A stretch of 64,000 nt of DNA from Streptosporangiaceae bacterium (GTDB lineage Bacteria > Actinomycetota > Actinomycetes > Streptosporangiales > Streptosporangiaceae): positions 6,720 through 70,719 of the forward strand of contig JASHOL010000528.1 in the NCBI GenBank assembly GCA_030041135.1, written 5' to 3'. Position numbers and translations under genes: made by a program. The notes beneath the pieces are model-generated. The model was given only the letters and a program-made list of their open reading frames with translations, searched no databases and was not told the origin of the DNA. Below are positions 59,471 to 64,000 of this stretch, piece by piece. Positions within the stretch are counted from its first letter, which is position 1. Each line of letters begins with the position of its first letter.

Positions 59471-60801
59471 GCGAGATCCCGGCCACCGGGCCCGACCCGG
59501 CTGCCGCCACGACCGGGGCGGTCGCCGCCGAGCCAGGGGCACCGGGCGAGTCGGCCGGCCCGCGCCGGCCGCGGGGCTGGCTGACCGTGGGCGTGCTCAT
59601 CCAGGCCATTACGCAGGGCAGCTCCGCCGTGGTCACGATCCTCGCCATCTTCCTGGCGCTCGTAGTTGGCGGCGTGCTGATCGTCTTCAGCGATCCAGTC
59701 GTCACCCGCGCCTGGAGCTCGCTTTTCGTTGATCCCGGATACACGTTCGGACAGACCTGGGACTCGTTGTCCTTCGCGTACTCACAGATGTTCGAGGGCG
59801 CGATCCTGAACCCGTCCACGGTGAGCGCAGCGTTTCACGGCGGCTCGATCGCGGCGATCTTTTATCCGCTGTCGTCGACCTGTGCCCAGGCCACGCCGCT
59901 CATCCTCACCGGCCTTTCGGTCGCGATCGCGTTCAGGTGCGGGCTGTTCAACATCGGCGCCGCCGGCCAGTGGGTGGGCGGCGCGGTCGTGGCGACCTGG
60001 CTTGGCTTCGGCGTGAGCCTGCCGCCCGTGATCCACGTCATCGTCTGCGTGGCCGGAGGCTTCGTCGGCGGCGCGGTGATCGGCTGGTTTGTCGGCCTGC
60101 TCAAGGCCAAGACGGGCGCGCACGAGGTCATCGTCACGATCATGCTGAACTACGTCATGTATGACTTGCTCTCCTACCTGCTGTCGCATCCGGCGATGCT
60201 CCAGCAGCCGGGGCAGACCAACGAGATCGCGCCGTTCGTCGACAACAACGCCAACCTGCCCCACGTCGGCGGGCCGCCGCCGCAGGTCGGAGTCGGCTTC
60301 CTGATTGGCGTGGCGGCCGCGATCGCGGTCGCGTGGCTGCTATCGCGGACGACCACGGGCTTCCAGTTCCGCACGGTCGGCGCCAGCCCGAGTGCCGCCC
60401 GCACCGCGGGCATCAGCGTCGAGCGGTCCTGGATCCTGGTGATGCTGCTGGCCGGAGGCTTGGCCGGGCTGTCGGCGGCGGCCATCGTCCTCGGGACCAA
60501 CACGCAGCTGACGTACAACAGCTACGGCACCTATGGCTCCGACGGCATCACGGTCGCGCTGCTCGGCCGGGCCAGGCCGATCGGCGTGGTCTGGGCCGGG
60601 CTGCTGTTTGGCGCCCTGCACGTCGGCGGGACCTACGTCGAGGCGGCCACGCTTGGTAACGTCCCGGCCGACATCGTCCAGGTGCTCGAGGGACTAATCG
60701 TCCTGTTCGTGGCCGCGCCCGCGCTGATCCGGGCCGTGTTCCGGCTGCGGTCCACGTCGGGTACCGGCATGGAGGCCGTCGCGAAGGGATGGAACGGGTG
60801 A
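59467..60801 (+). CDS. ABC transporter permease (nucleoside/simple-sugar type)
   Basis: The GTG start overlaps the ATPase stop. Polytopic. Gene order matches a BMP-linked transporter. Confidence 0.85.
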   Translation: MSEIPATGPDPAAATTGAVAAEPGAPGESAGPRRPRGWLTVGVLIQAITQGSSAVVTILAIFLALVVGGVLIVFSDPVVTRAWSSLFVDPGYTFGQTWDSLSFAYSQMFEGAILNPSTVSAAFHGGSIAAIFYPLSSTCAQATPLILTGLSVAIAFRCGLFNIGAAGQWVGGAVVATWLGFGVSLPPVIHVIVCVAGGFVGGAVIGWFVGLLKAKTGAHEVIVTIMLNYVMYDLLSYLLSHPAMLQQPGQTNEIAPFVDNNANLPHVGGPPPQVGVGFLIGVAAAIAVAWLLSRTTTGFQFRTVGASPSAARTAGISVERSWILVMLLAGGLAGLSAAAIVLGTNTQLTYNSYGTYGSDGITVALLGRARPIGVVWAGLLFGALHVGGTYVEAATLGNVPADIVQVLEGLIVLFVAAPALIRAVFRLRSTSGTGMEAVAKGWNG

Positions 60802-62066
60802 CCACCACGCTGGCTGCCGCGGTACGCGCGCCGCTGACCACCGAACGCCGGCATGTCGCAGCGGTCACCTTCGTCGCGCTCGGGCTTATCAACATCCTGG
60901 TATTCGGCCTGCTCGCGCACCACGGCGATGCGGGCTTCGAACTTTCGCAGTCAGGACTCGGGATCAAGATCCCGGTCATCCGGGTGCCGGCGGCGCCGGC
61001 CTGCTATGTGCTCGGCGCGGTATGCCTCGGCCTCGGGGTTGGCCGGGCCACGGTGCCGTTCAGCGTTCGCGGCAAGCGCATCGCGATCGCCGTCGTGCTG
61101 CTGTGCTTCCTGCTGGCGCTGCTGTGCTGGGCCGATGCCGGCGCTATACCGCTCAACGTGATCATCATCGCGCAGGGCACCTGGGTCGCCTCCATCCCGC
61201 TGATCCTGGGCGCGCTGTCTGGCTGCCTGTGCGAGCGGTCCGGCGTAATCAACATCGCGATCGAGGGCCAGTTGCTGTTCGGCGCGTTCAGCGCCGCGAT
61301 CGTGGCCAGCGCGTTCGGCGGCGTGTGGGCGGGCCTGGTTGCCGGGTCGCTGACCGGCGGCCTGGTCGGCCTGCTGCTCGCGGTGTTCGCGATCACGTTC
61401 CTGATGGACCAGATCATCCTGGGAGTCGTGCTCAACGTGCTCGCGCTCGGGATGACCGACTATTTCTTCGACCGGCTGATGTCGACGAACCCGAACTACA
61501 ACACCGGGAACACGTTCGGCACTCTCAAGATCCCCGGGCTGGCCGAGATCCCGGTGATCGGGCCGATCTTCTTCGATTCGAACGTCTTCCTGTACATCAC
61601 CTACGCCGCGATCATCGTGATCCAGATCGCGCTGTTCAGTAGCCGGTGGGGACTGCGGGTGCGGGCGGTCGGCGAGCACCCGACCGCCGCCGACACGGTC
61701 GGTATCCCGGTGCTGTGGACCCGCTACCGCAACGTGATCATCGGCGGGCTGGTCGCCGGCATCGGCGGCGCCTTTCTGACGGTCGGCTCGGTCGGCAGCT
61801 TCAGCCCGGATATGAGCTCGGGATTCGGCTACATCGCGCTGGCGGCGCTTATCTTCGGCCGATGGACGCCGCTTGGCTCGCTCGCCGCCGCGCTGCTGTT
61901 CGGCTTTGCCCTTGAACTGTCGCTGGTGCTGCCTACGGTGAACCCTGTGCTCCCGGCGCCGATCATGAACATGGCCCCGTACGTGGCCACGATCATCGCG
62001 GTGGCCGGCCTGGTCGGTAAGGTCCGCGCACCCAAGGCCGACGGCCAGGCGTACGTCAAGGCGTGA
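60789..62066 (+). CDS. ABC transporter permease (second subunit)
   Basis: Polytopic; contains ERSGVINIAIEGQLL. GTG at 60798 is an alternative start. Confidence 0.85.
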   Translation: MERVTTTLAAAVRAPLTTERRHVAAVTFVALGLINILVFGLLAHHGDAGFELSQSGLGIKIPVIRVPAAPACYVLGAVCLGLGVGRATVPFSVRGKRIAIAVVLLCFLLALLCWADAGAIPLNVIIIAQGTWVASIPLILGALSGCLCERSGVINIAIEGQLLFGAFSAAIVASAFGGVWAGLVAGSLTGGLVGLLLAVFAITFLMDQIILGVVLNVLALGMTDYFFDRLMSTNPNYNTGNTFGTLKIPGLAEIPVIGPIFFDSNVFLYITYAAIIVIQIALFSSRWGLRVRAVGEHPTAADTVGIPVLWTRYRNVIIGGLVAGIGGAFLTVGSVGSFSPDMSSGFGYIALAALIFGRWTPLGSLAAALLFGFALELSLVLPTVNPVLPAPIMNMAPYVATIIAVAGLVGKVRAPKADGQAYVKA

Positions 62067-62530
62067 CCGGGGGCCGCGTGATGGACTTCGACTGGGCGTC
62101 CCTGCGGGCCGCGGCGACGGCAGTGGCCGCCCGCGCACACGCGCCGTACTCGGGCCTGAGCGTCGGCGCGGCCGGACAAGACAGCGAGGGGAAGGTTGTG
62201 ACCGGCTGCAACGTCGAGAACGCCTCCTACGGACTGACCCTGTGCGCGGAGTGCGGGCTCGTCAGCGCCCAGCGCGCGGCCGGCCTCGGCCCGCTGGTCG
62301 CGGTGAGCGTGGTGGCCGGTGATGGCGCGCCCATCGTCCCCTGCGGGCGCTGCCGTCAGCTGCTGCTCGAGGCGGGCGGGCCCGGGCTGCTGCTGGACGC
62401 CGACGGCGGCCCGGTCCGCCTCGGCGACCTGCTGCCCGGTGCGTTCACCGCCGATGACCTGGCGGCCCGGTCGGCGGGGGGTCTCGGGGGGTCGTCCCCC
62501 CGAGAAAGCACGGACGGCCCGCGTGCCTGA
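62063..62530 (+). CDS. cdd: Cytidine deaminase
   Basis: Contains APYSGLSVGAA.......G.NVENASYGLTLCAECG....PCGRCRQ. ATG at 62081 and GTG at 62078 are alternative starts. Confidence 0.85.
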   Translation: MTGGRVMDFDWASLRAAATAVAARAHAPYSGLSVGAAGQDSEGKVVTGCNVENASYGLTLCAECGLVSAQRAAGLGPLVAVSVVAGDGAPIVPCGRCRQLLLEAGGPGLLLDADGGPVRLGDLLPGAFTADDLAARSAGGLGGSSPRESTDGPRA

Positions 62531-63824
62531 CGCAGTCGAGCTGATCCGGGCCAAGCGGGATGGCGGGCGGCTCTCAGACAGTGATATCGGCTGGCTGATC
62601 GCCGCCTACACGGGCGGGGAGATCGCTGACGAGCAGATGTCGGCGCTGCTGATGGCGATCTACTTCAGGGGTCTGGATCCAGGCGAACTGCAGGCGTGGA
62701 CCGACGCGATGATCAGCAGCGGCGAACGGCTTGACCTGGCCGGGCTCAGCGCGCCCACGACCGACAAGCACTCGACCGGCGGAGTCGGCGACAAGGTTTC
62801 GCTCGTGCTGGCCCCGCTGGTGGCCAGCTGCGGGGCTGCGGTGCCGCAGCTGTCGGGCCGGGGCCTCGGCCACACCGGCGGGACGCTGGACAAGCTGGAG
62901 TCGATACCCGGCTGGCGCGCGCGGCTATCGAACGACGAGATCGTGACGGTGCTGCGCACGGCCGGCTGCGTGATCTGCGCCGCCGGAGACGGCCTGGCGC
63001 CCGCAGACCGCAAGCTCTACGCCCTGCGGGATGTCACCGGCACGGTGGAGTCGATCCCGCTGATCGCTAGCTCGATCATGTCCAAGAAAATCGCCGAGGG
63101 CACGAGCTCGCTGGTGCTCGACGTCAAGGTCGGCAGCGGCGCGTTCATGCCCGACCTTGCTTCCGCCCGCGCGCTGGCCGAAACGATGGTGAAGCTCGGG
63201 AACGGACACGCCGTGCGGACCAGCGCGCTGCTCACCCGGATGGACACGCCGCTCGGCCGCGCGGTCGGCAACGCCGTCGAGGTCGAGGAGGCGGTGGCCA
63301 CGCTGCGCGGCCACGGCCCCGCGGACCTCATTGCGGTCACGCTGGCGCTGGCGACCGAGATGCTGCGGATGGCCGGGATCGCCGCCGATCCGGCCGCCGC
63401 GCTCGCCGATGGCCGAGCACTGGGCACATACCGCGCCATGATCAGAGCACAGGGAGGTGACCCCGACGCGCCGCTTCCCGCTGCCCTGCATACCGAGGTG
63501 ATGACGGCCGAGCAGGACGGCTGGATGACAGTGCTGGACGCCAGGGCGGTCGGCGTCGCGGCCTGGCGGCTCGGTGCCGGGCGGGCCAGGAAGGAAGACC
63601 CGGTATCAGCCTCCGCCGGTGTCCTCTGCCTGGTCAAGCCGGGCGAGCCGGTCAAGGCGGGCCAGCCGGTGCTCGAACTGCGCGCCGACGACCCCGCCAG
63701 GTTCGAGCGGGCGCGGGCTGCACTGGCCGGAGCCATCGGGATCGGGCCGCAGCCGCCGGAGCCCGCCGACCCGATCCTTGAGCGTGTCCCGGCCGGCCCG
63801 CCTGGGCTAGAGCTGCCCAGTTAG
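62523..63824 (+). CDS. deoA: Thymidine (pyrimidine-nucleoside) phosphorylase
   Basis: Contains DKHSTGGVGDKVSLVLAP and SGRGLGHTGGTLDKLESIPG. The GTG at 62523 overlaps the cdd end. The upstream part of the track ORF lies in the cdd region. Confidence 0.9.
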   Translation: MPDAVELIRAKRDGGRLSDSDIGWLIAAYTGGEIADEQMSALLMAIYFRGLDPGELQAWTDAMISSGERLDLAGLSAPTTDKHSTGGVGDKVSLVLAPLVASCGAAVPQLSGRGLGHTGGTLDKLESIPGWRARLSNDEIVTVLRTAGCVICAAGDGLAPADRKLYALRDVTGTVESIPLIASSIMSKKIAEGTSSLVLDVKVGSGAFMPDLASARALAETMVKLGNGHAVRTSALLTRMDTPLGRAVGNAVEVEEAVATLRGHGPADLIAVTLALATEMLRMAGIAADPAAALADGRALGTYRAMIRAQGGDPDAPLPAALHTEVMTAEQDGWMTVLDARAVGVAAWRLGAGRARKEDPVSASAGVLCLVKPGEPVKAGQPVLELRADDPARFERARAALAGAIGIGPQPPEPADPILERVPAGPPGLELPS

Positions 63825-63844
63825 CGCAAGGTAACGTCGGGACA

Positions 63845-64000
63845 ATGGGGATCGAGTCGCTTGACCGGCTTGCGCCAGGCCGCGCCGAATTCGACGTCGC
63901 CGAGGTCGCGACATCCGATGCGGGGCTACGCCAGGTCCTGCACGGTCTCCCTGGCGTGGACCAGGTTGGCGTGCAGGAACGAGTCGCCGGGCTGGCCACT
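63845..64000 (+). CDS. 5-prime fragment of a gene running off the right edge, possibly a long-form actinobacterial deoxyribose-phosphate aldolase
   Basis: ATG at 63845. MGIESLDRLAPGRAEFDVAEVATSDAGLRQVLHGLPGVDQVGVQERVAGLAT resembles the LHGLPGVD.VG.E.RAA.L N-terminal extension that I associate with actinobacterial DeoC. The salvage-operon context fits. Confidence 0.4.
   Translation, partial: MGIESLDRLAPGRAEFDVAEVATSDAGLRQVLHGLPGVDQVGVQERVAGLAT

Noticed and set aside
63652-63999. A 115-aa minus-strand ORF at the right edge.
   Set aside because: It overlaps the 3-prime end of deoA and the probable deoC start. The translation is Arg/Pro/Ala-rich with no motif.
1-64000. Search for tRNA, rRNA, tmRNA or RNase P-like sequences.
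   Set aside because: No T-loop-like GGTTCGAAT-type motif or cloverleaf-compatible segment was noticed in the intergenic regions. This was a by-eye scan, so tRNAscan-SE or Infernal should confirm it.

Overview
High-G+C actinobacterial-type chromosomal segment. Hand-counted 60-nt lines give about 70-78% G+C outside one island. It is densely coding, with about 60 genes. I saw no rRNA, tRNA, CRISPR array, transposase or integrase.

Main content: two diverged but syntenic minus-strand operons at 730-8424 and 13860-21485. Each encodes a membrane-bound module related to complex I and group-4 [NiFe]-hydrogenases: HycD/NuoH, HyfE/NuoK, HyfF/NuoN, HycE/NuoCD, HycF/NuoI-like, HycG/NuoB and HyfB/NuoL homologues. 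Both large subunits lack all four Ni-Fe cysteine ligands. The two copies have lost different Fe-S ligands. This matches the uncharacterised Ehr (energy-converting-hydrogenase-related) type rather than a real hydrogenase.

A roughly 47-bp element occurs three times and, as far as I can see, nowhere else. It sits just upstream of Ehr1, Ehr2 and a universal stress protein gene, which points to a shared regulon or leader RNA.

Between the two operons lie the USP gene, a 4x(CPxC...CxxH) protein, a SixA-type histidine phosphatase, a PAP2 phosphatase with a coupled small ORF, and a protein built of tandem HTH repeats. A dynamin-like GTPase gene sits directly upstream of Ehr2.

Further right:
- an APC permease fused to an OB-fold domain
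- an orphan KdpD-like/KdpE pair
- a low-G+C island of about 5.5 kb (about 29.5-35.0 kb) carrying a lipid-modification cassette: CFA-synthase-like methyltransferase, unknown polytopic membrane protein, alpha/beta hydrolase, acyl-CoA desaturase and a DUF998 protein
- housekeeping and accessory enzymes
- a class-III aminotransferase fused to an HpnA-like epimerase
- an ECF-sigma-like protein with a membrane anchor
- a beta-oxidation-type trio
- a PhzF/RidA/aminotransferase/MocR block
- a nucleoside-salvage operon (BMP lipoprotein, ABC transporter, cdd, deoA)

All functional calls come from motif recognition by eye. No database search was run.
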